The position numbers and the translations under genes were made by a program. From NCBI GenBank assembly GCA_965223725.1, contig CBDCXE010000005.1, positions 39,268 through 103,267 of the forward strand: 64,000 nucleotides of DNA. The letters run 5' to 3'. A model generated the notes under the pieces. That model worked only from the letters and a program-made list of their open reading frames with translations, made no database searches and had not been told where the DNA came from. Below are positions 1 through 10,026 of this stretch, piece after piece; position 1 is the first letter of the stretch; every line of letters starts with the position of its first letter. The stretch comes from Nitrospinota bacterium (GTDB lineage: Bacteria > Nitrospinota_A > UBA7883).

Positions 1-558
1 AAGCGGATGCTTGCATACTCCTCTATTGCCCATGCAGGTTATATACTGGTCGGGTTTGTGGCCGGGGGCGAGCTGGGCTCATCATCTATCCTGTTCTACA
101 TGCTGGTCTATACGTTCATGAACATCGGCGCGTTCGCTGTGGTCACTGTGGTATCAAGAGCGGGTGAGAAGAAAACCGCCATCTCCGACTATACCGGATT
201 GGGCTACAAATATCCGTTGATGGCCATCGTGCTGGTGATTTTTCTGTTCGCGCTAGCTGGTATACCACCGACATCTGGTTTCATGGGCAAGCTATATATC
301 TTCCTGGCTGCGCTAAAGCAGGGTTACGTTTTCCTTGCGATCATTGCAGTGCTCAACTCTGTTGTATCGGTCTATTATTATTTACGGCTCTCTGTGGTGA
401 TGTATATGCGTGATGAGAAAGCCGAGGATCTGCCAGCGCTTAATTTCGCCCCATCACTCGTTGCCGCGTTGGCCATTGCGGTATACGGTTCCCTTTGGCT
501 AGGCGTCGCGCCCGCCGGTTATATCGCCTTCGCCGAGGCCGCCTTTCTGGCGCCGTAA
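1..558 (+). CDS. nuoN: NADH-quinone oxidoreductase subunit N, C-terminal part (gene begins upstream of window)
   Basis: Polytopic membrane sequence LAYSSIAHAGYILVG...LAGIPPTSGFMGKLYIF...VYYYLRL is typical of the NuoN/ND2 C-terminus. The frame is open from base 1. Confidence 0.8.
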   Translation, partial: KRMLAYSSIAHAGYILVGFVAGGELGSSSILFYMLVYTFMNIGAFAVVTVVSRAGEKKTAISDYTGLGYKYPLMAIVLVIFLFALAGIPPTSGFMGKLYIFLAALKQGYVFLAIIAVLNSVVSVYYYLRLSVVMYMRDEKAEDLPALNFAPSLVAALAIAVYGSLWLGVAPAGYIAFAEAAFLAP

Positions 559-893
559 CGGTTACCCCATACTCTTTACACAAATACTTTTGTATAGCTG
601 GTTGCGCCTGGGGCCATACTAAAGTCCGGCGATCTCCCTCCGATATACTGGCAAGAGTTTAATTACGCTGTATATATATTTTGAATAAATGTAATAGTTA
701 TGTTGATACAAAACTTTGACGACAACCTCTATCAGTCGGTCTTATCGGTGATATACGACACGCCGGATGTCCGCCTGCATTTAATTACATCGTTAAAAAT
801 CGAAAACGGCGAATATTATGCTCATGGCTACATAATCGCGGAAAAGATTGTCGAGGACGCGCGATGGCTACAGAAACATTAAGGGCGCCGACT

Positions 894-2138
894 CTAGCAG
901 TTTTGCTGGTGGCCTGACTTGTCGAACGGGCCCAGCACGATTGTCTGGAACGCTTTTTTCGCGAACAGATCCCCCGCCAGGCCCAGCACATTTTCCGGTG
1001 TGACCGATTTCACCTCCTCGAGCATCTGGTCCAGCGTATAGGTCTGGCCAAAATAGAGCTTCTGATACGCGATTTGCGACACCCGCGCGCCCAGCGACTC
1101 AAACGACATCCGCAGATTGTCGCAGTTCTGGATTATCGCGCGTTCAACTTCTGCAGCGGATGGTTCCGTCTGGCTGATTATGTTAATTTCGTTTTCCACA
1201 ATTTCCATCAGGTTGCACAGCGCTTCCGGCGCGCATGCGGAATAGACGCCGAACAAGCCGGTCTCCAGGTATTGATCGTAGAAGCTATGGATGGAATAGG
1301 CCAGGCCCCGTTTCTCCCGCACATTTTGGAAAAGGCGGGAAGAGACGGAACCACCCAATATGGTGCTCAGGATCGCAAGTTCGTTTCGTTTGGCATGGGT
1401 CACACCCAGGCCATCGGCGCCAATGATCACGTGCGCCTGCTCGGTCGGCTTGCTGATGGTTTTTTTGCCGGTATTGAAGGGTGGTTTTTCCAGAGTTCTT
1501 TGCGCGGAGCAGCTATCCAGTTTGCCGAAAAACTTTTCCACAAGGGAGGTGAGCTGATCGAGCTTGATATCACCGCACGCTGTTATCACGATGCCCGGCG
1601 GCCGGTAATACTGTTGTCTTATGCCCAGCAGGTCGTCCCGGGTGATCGAGCGTATGGTCTCTTGCATGCCGGTTATCAGTCGGCCCAATGGGTGGCCGGG
1701 CCATACGGCGGGGTATAGCGCGTCATAGATATAGTCGGAGGGGCTGTCCTCCACGGCGCTCATCTCCTCCAGGATAACGGACCGCTCATGCTCTATCTCA
1801 TCTTCAGGGAAGATGGAATTGAGGGTGAGGTCGGCGATCAGGTCAAACGCCTGCTCTAGCCGCTTGCTGACAACCCTGCCGGAATAGCAGGTGATCTCTC
1901 TGGAAGTAAACGCGTCGATATGCCCGCCCAGCGAGTCGATCTCGATGGCGATATCGGCGGTGGACCGCTCCTCCGTTCCCTTGAACACCAGGTGCTCAAG
2001 GAAATGGAACAGCCCCGATTTGTCGTCCGGCTCGTCGCGGGAGCCGGCGAATATCCATACGCCGAACGATACCGATTTAAAAAACGGTATCGTCTCGCAA
2101 AGAACCGGGATATCGTTAACGTCGGTTGTTTCTATCAC
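894..2138 (-). CDS. M16 family zinc peptidase (insulinase-like)
   Basis: HFLEHLVFKGT carries the inverted zincin HxxEH motif, and the length fits the M16 family. The track ORF runs to 2276 but overlaps the pnp 3' end. I prefer the GTG at 2138 (VIETTD...); the start is uncertain. The stop codon is TAG. Confidence 0.75.
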   Translation of the reverse strand: MIETTDVNDIPVLCETIPFFKSVSFGVWIFAGSRDEPDDKSGLFHFLEHLVFKGTEERSTADIAIEIDSLGGHIDAFTSREITCYSGRVVSKRLEQAFDLIADLTLNSIFPEDEIEHERSVILEEMSAVEDSPSDYIYDALYPAVWPGHPLGRLITGMQETIRSITRDDLLGIRQQYYRPPGIVITACGDIKLDQLTSLVEKFFGKLDSCSAQRTLEKPPFNTGKKTISKPTEQAHVIIGADGLGVTHAKRNELAILSTILGGSVSSRLFQNVREKRGLAYSIHSFYDQYLETGLFGVYSACAPEALCNLMEIVENEINIISQTEPSAAEVERAIIQNCDNLRMSFESLGARVSQIAYQKLYFGQTYTLDQMLEEVKSVTPENVLGLAGDLFAKKAFQTIVLGPFDKSGHQQNC

Positions 2139-4311
2139 CTCGGCCCCGTGGCGGCCTCCTGCCAGAATCAGAAGAGGGGCGCCTTGGCCGGTCGGATGTG
2201 GGAGGAGGCGTTGTGATCTCCTTGTCGGTTCCTTCCACCGCTTCTTTATAAGAGAGGCGGACCTTGCCATGGCCATCGACTTCGATAACTTTCACAGGTA
2301 TCTCGTCGCCTTCTGCGAACACGTCTTCCATATGGTTGATGCGGAAGTTGGCGACCTGGCTGATATGGCACAACCCTTCAGTGCCGGGGAAGATCTCCAC
2401 AAACGCGCCGAAGTCGGTGATCCTTCGGATGATGCCGTCATATATCTTGCCCACCTCGGCCTCCTGCAGGATATTGTCCACCATGGCGATGGCGACGTTC
2501 AGTTTCTCCGCGTCGGGCGAGAAAATCTTGACGGTGCCGTCATCCTGCACATCCATCTGCGCGCCAGATTCGGCCACGATATTTTTTATGATTTTGCCAC
2601 CCGGGCCGATCAGCTCCCGGATTTTATCTTGATGGACCTTCAATGTATGAATGCGAGGAGCGTTTTTGTTAAGGTCATCCCGTGGCGCGGCCATAGCCTT
2701 GTCCATTTCATCCAGGATATGCATCCGGCCTTCTTTGGCCTGCTCCAGCGCCTGCTTCATTAATTCTACGGTCAATCCTTTTACTTTGATATCCATCTGG
2801 ACAGCGTTGATCCCCTCGCGGGTGCCAGCCACCTTGAAGTCCATATCACCGATGGCGTCTTCCATGCCAAGGATATCGGAGAGGATGGCGGTCTTGTCGT
2901 CCTCTTTCACCAGCCCCATGGCGATGCCGGCGACGGCCGCCTTGATCGGCACCCCGGCGTCCATCAGGCTCAGCGAAGCGCCGCAAACGGTGGCCATGGA
3001 TGAAGAGCCGTTCGATTCCAGAATCTCTGACACGACCCGGACGGTGTAAGGGAACTCTTCATTTGTCGGGATCATCGGCTCGATGGCCCGCTCCGCCAGG
3101 GCGCCATGCCCGATCTCTCTTCTGCCAGGGCCGGATATACGTTTGACCTCGCCCACACAAAACGGCGGGAAGTTATAGTGCAGATAAAACGTTCTCATGG
3201 AGCGGCCTTCCAGATTGTCCAGCGTCAGCTCGTCCATGCTGGTGCCCAGGGTGGTGGTGACCAGCGCCTGCGTCTCGCCCCGGGTGAACAGGGCGGAGCC
3301 GTGGGTCCTGGGCAGCGCGTCCACCGCGATCTGGATATCGCGAACGGTGTTCAACGCCCGGCCATCCACACGGATGCCTTCATCCAGCGCCATGTTGCGG
3401 ACGAACTTTTTCTGCACTGTGCTGAAAGCTTCCTTGTAGGCGGTCTTCCTGGCGCTGTCGTCATCATCGCCCATGATCTGCTCGATGGCTTCGTTACGCA
3501 GTTTTTTCAGCGCCGCGCTCCGTTTCATCTTGCCTTCGGTCATCAAGGTCTCTTTCAGCGAGCCTTCCACCTTGGCGCGGATCTCTTCCACCTCCGGGCC
3601 TTCAGGGGCAGGTTCCATTTCCATTTTCGGTTTGCCCAGCTTGGATGTCAGCTCCACCTGCATGGCGCAAATTTTCTTTATCCATTCATGGCCAAACTCC
3701 AGGGCGGCGATTAAATCGTCTTCCAGCACTTCGTTTCCGCCACCTTCCACCATCACCAGCGACTCTTCCGTGCCCGCCAGCAGCAGGTTGATATCACAGG
3801 TTTCTATCTGTTCTATGGTCGGGTTGCAGACCAGCTCGCCATCCACCCTGCAGATTCTTACGCCAGATATAGGTGTCGTGAACGGCAGATGGGAGATCAT
3901 GAGGCTGGCCGAGGCGGCGGTGATGGCCAGTGAAGCTGTCTCGTGCTCATGGTCGAAGGAGAGCGGGTTGATAATCACCTGTGTTTCGTTGCTGTATCCA
4001 TCGGCGAACATCGGCCGGATGGTCCTGTCGGTCAATCGGGAGATCAGGGTCTCCCGGTCGGAGGGCCTGGCTTCCCGCTTGAAAAAGCCGCCCGGTATTC
4101 TGCCGGCGGCCGCTGTCCTGTCTCTGTAATCCACCGTAAGTGGGAGAAAATCAACATCTTCCCGTCCGCTGTCTTCTGCTGATACGGCGCACAGGATCAT
4201 TGTCTCTTCAAAGCCAACCACCGTCGATCCAGCGGCTTGTTTGGCCAGAATGCCGCTTTCTATAAACATTATTTTTTCGCCTAGTTGTAGTTCTACTCTT
4301 TCCGCTTGCAT
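2116..4311 (-). CDS. pnp: polyribonucleotide nucleotidyltransferase (PNPase)
   Basis: 731 aa with two RNase PH-like regions followed by KH and S1-like regions (IYDGIIRRITDFGAFVEI). It sits directly downstream of rpsO as in the classical rpsO-pnp arrangement. It has a basic Arg/Pro-rich C-terminal tail. Confidence 0.95.
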   Translation of the reverse strand: MQAERVELQLGEKIMFIESGILAKQAAGSTVVGFEETMILCAVSAEDSGREDVDFLPLTVDYRDRTAAAGRIPGGFFKREARPSDRETLISRLTDRTIRPMFADGYSNETQVIINPLSFDHEHETASLAITAASASLMISHLPFTTPISGVRICRVDGELVCNPTIEQIETCDINLLLAGTEESLVMVEGGGNEVLEDDLIAALEFGHEWIKKICAMQVELTSKLGKPKMEMEPAPEGPEVEEIRAKVEGSLKETLMTEGKMKRSAALKKLRNEAIEQIMGDDDDSARKTAYKEAFSTVQKKFVRNMALDEGIRVDGRALNTVRDIQIAVDALPRTHGSALFTRGETQALVTTTLGTSMDELTLDNLEGRSMRTFYLHYNFPPFCVGEVKRISGPGRREIGHGALAERAIEPMIPTNEEFPYTVRVVSEILESNGSSSMATVCGASLSLMDAGVPIKAAVAGIAMGLVKEDDKTAILSDILGMEDAIGDMDFKVAGTREGINAVQMDIKVKGLTVELMKQALEQAKEGRMHILDEMDKAMAAPRDDLNKNAPRIHTLKVHQDKIRELIGPGGKIIKNIVAESGAQMDVQDDGTVKIFSPDAEKLNVAIAMVDNILQEAEVGKIYDGIIRRITDFGAFVEIFPGTEGLCHISQVANFRINHMEDVFAEGDEIPVKVIEVDGHGKVRLSYKEAVEGTDKEITTPPPTSDRPRRPSSDSGRRPPRGRGDRNNRR

Positions 4312-4380
4312 CTTAGATAGTTCCTTTTCTTAGTAATTGTGATTCCGCTAGTTTGGTGATATCAAGTCGTGTGAGGATTA

Positions 4381-4398
4381 CGCGCATGGTGATGCGCG
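4381..4398 (-). promoter_or_regulatory. stem-loop in the rpsO-pnp intergenic region (possible rpsO terminator or pnp leader processing hairpin)
   Basis: Perfect 7-bp inverted repeat cgcgcat/atgcgcg with a 4-nt loop between the rpsO stop and the pnp start. There is no clear U tract. Confidence 0.3.
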
Positions 4399-4431
4399 AA
4401 TTCGTGACGCCCAGTCAATGGACGACGCCCG

Positions 4432-4701
4432 TTATCGGCGCAGTCCGAGGGCCTTGATAATTTCTTTGTAACGTTCCAGATCTTTTTTCTTAAGATAATC
4501 GAGCAATCTGCGTCGACGGTTGACCATCTTAAGCAAACCCCTGCGGGAATGGAAATCTTTTTTGTGCGATTTAAAATGTTCCGTCAGGTAAACAATGCGG
4601 TCCGTCAATAACGCAATCTGCACTTCCGGTGATCCGGTGTCCGCATCGCTTGTCCGGAATTTTTCAATGGTGGATGCCTTCTGCTCTTTCAAGGCTGTCA
4701 T
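4432..4701 (-). CDS. rpsO: 30S ribosomal protein S15
   Basis: 89 aa; [43 protein letters not shown] is the canonical S15 sequence. Confidence 0.95.
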   Translation of the reverse strand: MTALKEQKASTIEKFRTSDADTGSPEVQIALLTDRIVYLTEHFKSHKKDFHSRRGLLKMVNRRRRLLDYLKKKDLERYKEIIKALGLRR

Positions 4702-4972
4702 TTTTTCTTTAATCCCTTCTCAATATTTTTTTAATTCTGGTAACCGATCGTTTATACCAGATTTCAATGGTTCTTGTAAAGTACTTTTGACGCAACACTC
4801 CAGCCACCCTTGAGGCGCTTCTGTTTTTGAGGGTCGATCGCATGCTCTGGGTAAAGGATTCCGCGATATTGCGTAAAATTTTGGTTCAAGTTTTTCGGAT
4901 AAACACCGATCAGGAATAGTTGTTGTGATTTTTGAATTAAATTATCAAGTTATTCACTATCAGGTTTAATAG

Positions 4973-5443
4973 ATGAAAATAAAATGCCCCAATTGTTCCA
5001 CAGCATACAGAGTTAATCTCGGCCCGATCTCCGAAAAGGGTAAGCATGTTAAGTGTTCTTCTTGTAACCACAGGTTTATCATCAATGCTGACGATTATCA
5101 GGAGTCGGAGCCGCTCAGCCCGGGAACTGACCCTAGCTCAGATGACAATTTGGCCATGTACAACAGTAATAACCGAGCTGGCCTTGATGATTCCAGCGAG
5201 CTCTCCATAGAGGTGCGGGCTTCAGCATTCGAAATATCAGCAGGGGTGGAGGATGAACCTGACCTGGAAGATACTTTTGAGCAAACTGTTATAGAAACAA
5301 CCCATTGGGAAGAGCCAGACGTTGCGGACGTAAACCATGCGGAGTCAACATCAAATCTATGGCTGCAAGCTGCTTTAGCGATAATATTGGCGGTGATACT
5401 GCTGTTGGCGGCGCTTGGTGGGGTCTATTTGTATAAACTATAA
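4973..5443 (+). CDS. MJ0042-type zinc-ribbon protein with acidic linker and C-terminal transmembrane helix
   Basis: N-terminus MKIKCPNCSTAYRV...HVKCSSCNHRF has two CxxC pairs. The C-terminus is hydrophobic (LWLQAALAIILAVILLLAALGGVYLY). Confidence 0.6.
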   Translation: MKIKCPNCSTAYRVNLGPISEKGKHVKCSSCNHRFIINADDYQESEPLSPGTDPSSDDNLAMYNSNNRAGLDDSSELSIEVRASAFEISAGVEDEPDLEDTFEQTVIETTHWEEPDVADVNHAESTSNLWLQAALAIILAVILLLAALGGVYLYKL

Positions 5444-5586
5444 TTGACCAGTGAAAGCCATCGATAGTCAATATAACCAAGCCAGATTATTTTCTTTAAC
5501 TGCTCACAAATCTTTGCCTTTATTCGGAAAGAGCAATATCATTGTTTTAAAACAACTTTTTATCAGAAACCCTCGGCGGGTCTGTT

Positions 5587-6216
5587 ATGAGAATAGATGA
5601 CAATGACGCATTGCTGGTTATAGATGTACAAAACGATTTTTGCCCCGGCGGCGCGCTGGAGGTTCCTGATGGAGACAGCGTCATCCCGGTCATCAACAAG
5701 GCTGCCCGGCTGTTCACCCATGTTATAATGACCCAGGACTGGCACCCAGGGGGCCATAGTTCATTCGCTTCGGTCTATGCTGATAAAGAGCCGTATGACA
5801 TGGTGAAGCTCTCCTATGGCAAGCAGGTGTTATGGCTGGATCATTGCGTCCAGGGGACGAATGGAGCCATGTTCCATCAAGATATCGATATACCTGATTG
5901 CAGACTGATTATTCGAAAGGGGTTTCGCCGCGAAGTCGACTCATACTCAGCCTTTATGGAGAACGACCACAAAACCGTAACAGGCCTTGCCGGATACTTG
6001 AATGAATGCGCTATCAATCGTGTTTTCATAACCGGCCTGGCCACCGATTTCTGCGTACAATACAGCGCGATGGACGCTGTTGACGCCGGTTTTACCGTAA
6101 TGGTTATAGAGGATGGATGTCGAGGGATCGATATTGACGGATCGGTAAATGCCGCATGGGACAATATGTTAGCCAAGGGTGTCGGCAGGATCAATTCGAC
6201 CGGGCTGGGGCGATGA
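5587..6216 (+). CDS. pncA: nicotinamidase/pyrazinamidase (isochorismatase family)
   Basis: ALLVIDVQNDFCPGGAL, the later CRGID segment and the ~209 aa length fit the family. Its stop overlaps the pncB start (ATGA). Confidence 0.85.
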   Translation: MRIDDNDALLVIDVQNDFCPGGALEVPDGDSVIPVINKAARLFTHVIMTQDWHPGGHSSFASVYADKEPYDMVKLSYGKQVLWLDHCVQGTNGAMFHQDIDIPDCRLIIRKGFRREVDSYSAFMENDHKTVTGLAGYLNECAINRVFITGLATDFCVQYSAMDAVDAGFTVMVIEDGCRGIDIDGSVNAAWDNMLAKGVGRINSTGLGR

Positions 6217-7646
6217 GCGTACCTCAAACAGCGCTGGTCACAGACTATTACCAGCTGACAATGATGCAAGGCTACTGGCAATCCGGGCTGTACCGGCACA
6301 TAGCCTGCTTCGATATGTTTATCCGAAAGAACCCGTTCGAGGGTGGATTTACGCTGACCTCAGGATTAGCGGATGTTCTGGAATATCTGGATACATTGCG
6401 TTTTACCGACGGGGATATCGCCCACCTTGCCAGCCTGGGCGATTTTGACCACGGATTTTTGGAATATCTTCGAACACTGAAATTCACCGGTGACCTGGAC
6501 GCGGTCCCGGAGGGGTCTGTCATCTTCCCCCATGAACCGGCCCTGCGGGTGATCGCCCCGCTGGACCAGTGCCAGCTGATAGAATCGGCGTTGCTGAACA
6601 TCATCAATTTCCAGTCGCTCATAGCCACCAAGTCGGCCCGAATATGCCTGGAGGCGGGGTATGACAACGTGCTGGAGTTCGGGCTACGCCGCGCCCAGGG
6701 CCTGGATGGAGCGCTGAGCGCATCCCGGGCGGCTTATATCGGGGGGTGCTACGCCACATCCAATGTGCATGCCGGCCAGGTGTACGGCATCCCGGCGAAG
6801 GGGACCCACGCCCACTCTTGGGTGACCGCTTTCGAGAATGAGATTACAGCATTCCGAAAGTTCGCGGAAATCTATCCCGACAACTCGATCCTGCTGGTGG
6901 ACACTTACAACACACTGCAAAGCGGCGTCCCATCCGCCATCGCAGTGGGGCTGGAGATGAAGCGGAAAGGGCAGAAACTTACAGGAATCCGGATAGACAG
7001 TGGCGACCTGGCGTTCCTGTCCATCGAAGCGCGCAAGATGCTGGACGCGGCGGGGCTTGTGGACACAAAAATCGTCTGTTCCAGCGAGCTGGACGAGTAT
7101 ATTATCCACGACCTGAACAGCCAGGGGGCGAAGATCGATATCTACGGGGTCGGGACGAAGCTGATCAGCGCCGATGGTGATCCGTCGCTATCCGGTGTAT
7201 ATAAGATGTCCGCGTTGAAAGGGCAGGGCGGTGAGTGGAGCCTTAAACTGAAAAACTCTGAAGGGTTGAAAAAGGCGACCTTCCCCGGCCTGAAGCAGGT
7301 GTGGCGCATGTATGATGAAAATAACGGGATGAGCGCCGACCTGGTGGAGCTGGAAGAGAGCGAACCAGATTTTACAAAAGGTGTTGTGGGTGTGCACCCT
7401 ACGATGGAGACAGAGAAGAAACTGTACAAAGATATAAGCTCAACCGAAAAGCTTCTGCAGCCGGTCATGCGGGGGGGCAAGATCGTGGCGAAGCAGCCGG
7501 CGCTGGGCGAAATCCGGGAGCGGGCGCAGCGCCAATTACAAAAAGTTCACCCAACCATGCGGCGATTACTGAACCCTCATGTGTATAAGGTAAGCGTCGG
7601 GCCTGCCTTGTACGAGGCAACAAAAACACTCCGGGATAGTTTATAG
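6213..7646 (+). CDS. pncB: nicotinate phosphoribosyltransferase
   Basis: ALVTDYYQLTMMQGYW and GTHAHSW motifs. I place the start at the ATG at 6213, which overlaps the pncA stop, rather than at the track start 6156. Confidence 0.85.
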   Translation: MSVPQTALVTDYYQLTMMQGYWQSGLYRHIACFDMFIRKNPFEGGFTLTSGLADVLEYLDTLRFTDGDIAHLASLGDFDHGFLEYLRTLKFTGDLDAVPEGSVIFPHEPALRVIAPLDQCQLIESALLNIINFQSLIATKSARICLEAGYDNVLEFGLRRAQGLDGALSASRAAYIGGCYATSNVHAGQVYGIPAKGTHAHSWVTAFENEITAFRKFAEIYPDNSILLVDTYNTLQSGVPSAIAVGLEMKRKGQKLTGIRIDSGDLAFLSIEARKMLDAAGLVDTKIVCSSELDEYIIHDLNSQGAKIDIYGVGTKLISADGDPSLSGVYKMSALKGQGGEWSLKLKNSEGLKKATFPGLKQVWRMYDENNGMSADLVELEESEPDFTKGVVGVHPTMETEKKLYKDISSTEKLLQPVMRGGKIVAKQPALGEIRERAQRQLQKVHPTMRRLLNPHVYKVSVGPALYEATKTLRDSL

Positions 7647-7723
7647 CAGACATTTATTTCTGTGCATAAATTTGACTACAAACTAGTATACTGTAATAAA
7701 CATTTAATCAGAGTTAATTAGAT

Positions 7724-8007
7724 ATGCGAATCTTGGCAGTAATATTTATATTTTCATTAAGCATAGCATCAACTTCTTATGCTGATCTAAAAATTTATAG
7801 AGTTGGTAAAAGCCCTGGGATTAGAAAATATGTGACTATTATGGGTATATCCAAATCGTGGAAGTTAGACTGTACAGAACAAACTACAGGAAAAGGTAAA
7901 GGAACTAAACGATGTGAGTTGGAACCGACGACTGGCAAGGTAGTCGGTAACAAGCCTGTCTATCAAAGTAAATCAGGTCCAGAAGTAACCCTACGCTTTA
8001 CTCCAGG
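7724..8007 (+). pseudogene. small secreted hypothetical protein whose 3' end is interrupted by IS termini
   Basis: Signal-peptide-like N-terminus (MRILAVIFIFSLSIASTSYA). From 8008 the frame reads through IS ends, and that produces the repeated DHFPFFGPALCDFSGF peptide in the track ORF. Confidence 0.4.
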
Positions 8008-8106
8008 TGACCACTTCCCATTTTTTGGTCCGGCATTATGCGACTTTTCGGGCTTCTTGACCACTTCCCATTTTTTGGTCCGGCATTATGCGACTTTTCG
8101 GGCTTC
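8008..8106. repeat. two tandem solo copies of the 49-bp IS terminus
   Basis: tgaccacttcccattttttggtccggcattatgcgacttttcgggcttc occurs at 8008-8056 and 8058-8106, separated by one t. It is identical to the first 49 bp of the IS copies starting at 8107 and 8719. Confidence 0.9.
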
Positions 8107-8718
8107 TGACCACTTCCCATTTTTTGGTCCGGCATTATGCGACTTTTCGGGCTTCAATGGCTGGCTGTTTTTCCGTGGCAGCCAACGCAAATTCTTTCGG
8201 CGTTTTATTACCTAATGCCGAGTGCGGGCGAAATTCATTATAATCTTTTCGCCACGTCTCGATCTTACTCCTGGCATCCTCCATTGACAAGAACCAATGT
8301 GTGTTCAAACATTCATCCCGAAAACTTCCGTTGAATGACTCTATGAAAGCGTTATCCGTGGGCTTGCCGGGCCTCGAAAAATCCAACTCTACCTTCCGCT
8401 CATACGCCCACTTGTCCAACGCCTTCGAAATAAACTCTGGACCGTTATCCACCCGAATACTTTTAGGCGCGCTACGTATATAAACAAGCTGCGTCAAAAA
8501 TGATGAAACCATCTCACCGGTAACCTTCTTGTCAACCAACATCCCAAGGCTCTCCCGACTAAAATTATCGACTATCGTCAAAGCCCGAAACCGGCGGCCA
8601 TCAAACAGAGCGTCGGTCACGAAATCCATGCTCCAGCTCTCATTAAGCTCGGTCGCCACTTCACGGGCTCCGCGACTCCTGGCCGACACGTGACGCTTCG
8701 GGCGCCGCATGCGCAAGC
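8107..8718 (-). mobile_element. partial IS3-family copy (612 bp from the orfB-proximal end, truncated by the next copy)
   Basis: As far as I can read it, identical to 8719-9330 of the full copy. It breaks at ...gcgcaagc|tgaccac, where the full copy reads gcgcaagccaagccc. Confidence 0.85.
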
Positions 8719-8725
8719 TGACCAC
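8135..8725 (-). pseudogene. truncated IS3-family transposase OrfB (C-terminal DDE/rve part only)
   Basis: The translation is identical to residues ~85-276 of the 276-aa OrfB at 8747..9577. It has no OrfA and no N-terminal part. Confidence 0.8.
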
Positions 8726-8746
8726 TTCCCATTTTTTGGTCCGGCA

Positions 8747-9577
8747 TTATGCGACTTTTCGGGCTTCAATGGCTGGCTGTTTTTCCGTGGCAGCCAACGC
8801 AAATTCTTTCGGCGTTTTATTACCTAATGCCGAGTGCGGGCGAAATTCATTATAATCTTTTCGCCACGTCTCGATCTTACTCCTGGCATCCTCCATTGAC
8901 AAGAACCAATGTGTGTTCAAACATTCATCCCGAAAACTTCCGTTGAATGACTCTATGAAAGCGTTATCCGTGGGCTTGCCGGGCCTCGAAAAATCCAACT
9001 CTACCTTCCGCTCATACGCCCACTTGTCCAACGCCTTCGAAATAAACTCTGGACCGTTATCCACCCGAATACTTTTAGGCGCGCTACGTATATAAACAAG
9101 CTGCGTCAAAAATGATGAAACCATCTCACCGGTAACCTTCTTGTCAACCAACATCCCAAGGCTCTCCCGACTAAAATTATCGACTATCGTCAAAGCCCGA
9201 AACCGGCGGCCATCAAACAGAGCGTCGGTCACGAAATCCATGCTCCAGCTCTCATTAAGCTCGGTCGCCACTTCACGGGCTCCGCGACTCCTGGCCGACA
9301 CGTGACGCTTCGGGCGCCGCATGCGCAAGCCAAGCCCTTCAAGGCGGTACAAACGCAACACACGTTTGTGGTTCACCTTCCAACCTTCCCGACGAAGCAG
9401 GGTATATATTCGCTGGTAACCGTATCGAGGACGGTCTGCCGCCAACTGACAAATACGAGCTCGTAACACGGCCTGGTCAGGAGCAACCGATTGGTACCGG
9501 ATCGTCGAGCGAGCAAACTCAAACGCTTTGCATATATGGCGTTCGGGCGCTCGATACGTATCCTTCATCTCCTGCAC
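8747..9577 (-). CDS. IS3-family transposase OrfB (rve/DDE integrase core)
   Basis: WSMDFVTD...VDNGPEF...PGKPTDNAFIESFNGSFRDECL is a typical IS3 DDE region. It is expected to be expressed as an OrfAB fusion by -1 frameshifting. Confidence 0.9.
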   Translation of the reverse strand: MQEMKDTYRAPERHICKAFEFARSTIRYQSVAPDQAVLRARICQLAADRPRYGYQRIYTLLRREGWKVNHKRVLRLYRLEGLGLRMRRPKRHVSARSRGAREVATELNESWSMDFVTDALFDGRRFRALTIVDNFSRESLGMLVDKKVTGEMVSSFLTQLVYIRSAPKSIRVDNGPEFISKALDKWAYERKVELDFSRPGKPTDNAFIESFNGSFRDECLNTHWFLSMEDARSKIETWRKDYNEFRPHSALGNKTPKEFALAATEKQPAIEARKVA

Positions 9578-9600
9578 CAGTTGACGCTGCTGACCAGGCC

Positions 9601-9867
9601 TTAAAACTTTTTTCTGAGAGCATCCTGCAGCATCGACTTGTCGAGCGACAGATCCGCCACCAGCTTCTTCAGGCGGCCATTCTCTTCTTCAAGCTGGCGG
9701 AGCCTGCGAACTTCAGCTGGGCCGAGACCGGCATAGATCTTCTTCCAGCGATAAAACGTCTGCTCGCAGATACCCATCTTACGAACCACCTCGGCCACAG
9801 GTGTCCCCGTCTCGGCCTGTTGCAAGGCGAAAGCTATCTGCTGGTCGGTGAACTTCGACTTCCTCAT
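9601..9867 (-). CDS. IS3-family transposase OrfA (HTH) with -1 frameshift heptamer at 9607-9613
   Basis: MRKSKFTDQQIAFALQQAETGTPVAEVVRKMGICEQTFYRWKK plus a leucine-zipper-like tail. The last codons read AGA AAA AAG TTT TAA. After a -1 shift the frame reads KKVLRPGQQRQLVQEMKDTY, which joins OrfB. Confidence 0.9.
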   Translation of the reverse strand: MRKSKFTDQQIAFALQQAETGTPVAEVVRKMGICEQTFYRWKKIYAGLGPAEVRRLRQLEEENGRLKKLVADLSLDKSMLQDALRKKF

Positions 9868-10026
9868 CAGTAAATCTCCACTTTGTTACAAGGTTAATTT
9901 AACCGATTACTCGCATTATCAATGGATCAATTTAAAGGGAAGAGGTCACTCTATGGTGTTAGTTATAATTATACGCTACTAAATTTAGTAATCGTCAACT
10001 TATTTCGAAAGCATACTTATAGCCGG

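Larger units (their letters stand above)
8719..9948 (-). mobile_element. complete IS3-family insertion sequence (1230 bp)
   Basis: Imperfect terminal inverted repeats: TGACCACTTCCC... at 8719, and the reverse complement TGACCTCTTCCC... ending at 9948 (TG...CA ends). It carries orfA and orfB with an A AAA AAG slippery site. Confidence 0.85.

Noticed and set aside
2116-2230. Arg/Pro-rich ~35-aa C-terminal tail of PNPase overlapping the annotated start region of the M16 peptidase
   Set aside because: Basic low-complexity tails occur on PNPases in various lineages. The overlap disappears if the peptidase starts at the GTG at 2138, so nothing here needs a special explanation.
8008-8155. Three tandem 49-bp repeats that could be mistaken for a small CRISPR array, or for a protein repeat (DHFPFFGPALCDFSGF x3)
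   Set aside because: The units are contiguous with no spacers and are identical to the terminus of the adjacent IS3-family element. The peptide repeat is only a by-product of translating through IS ends.
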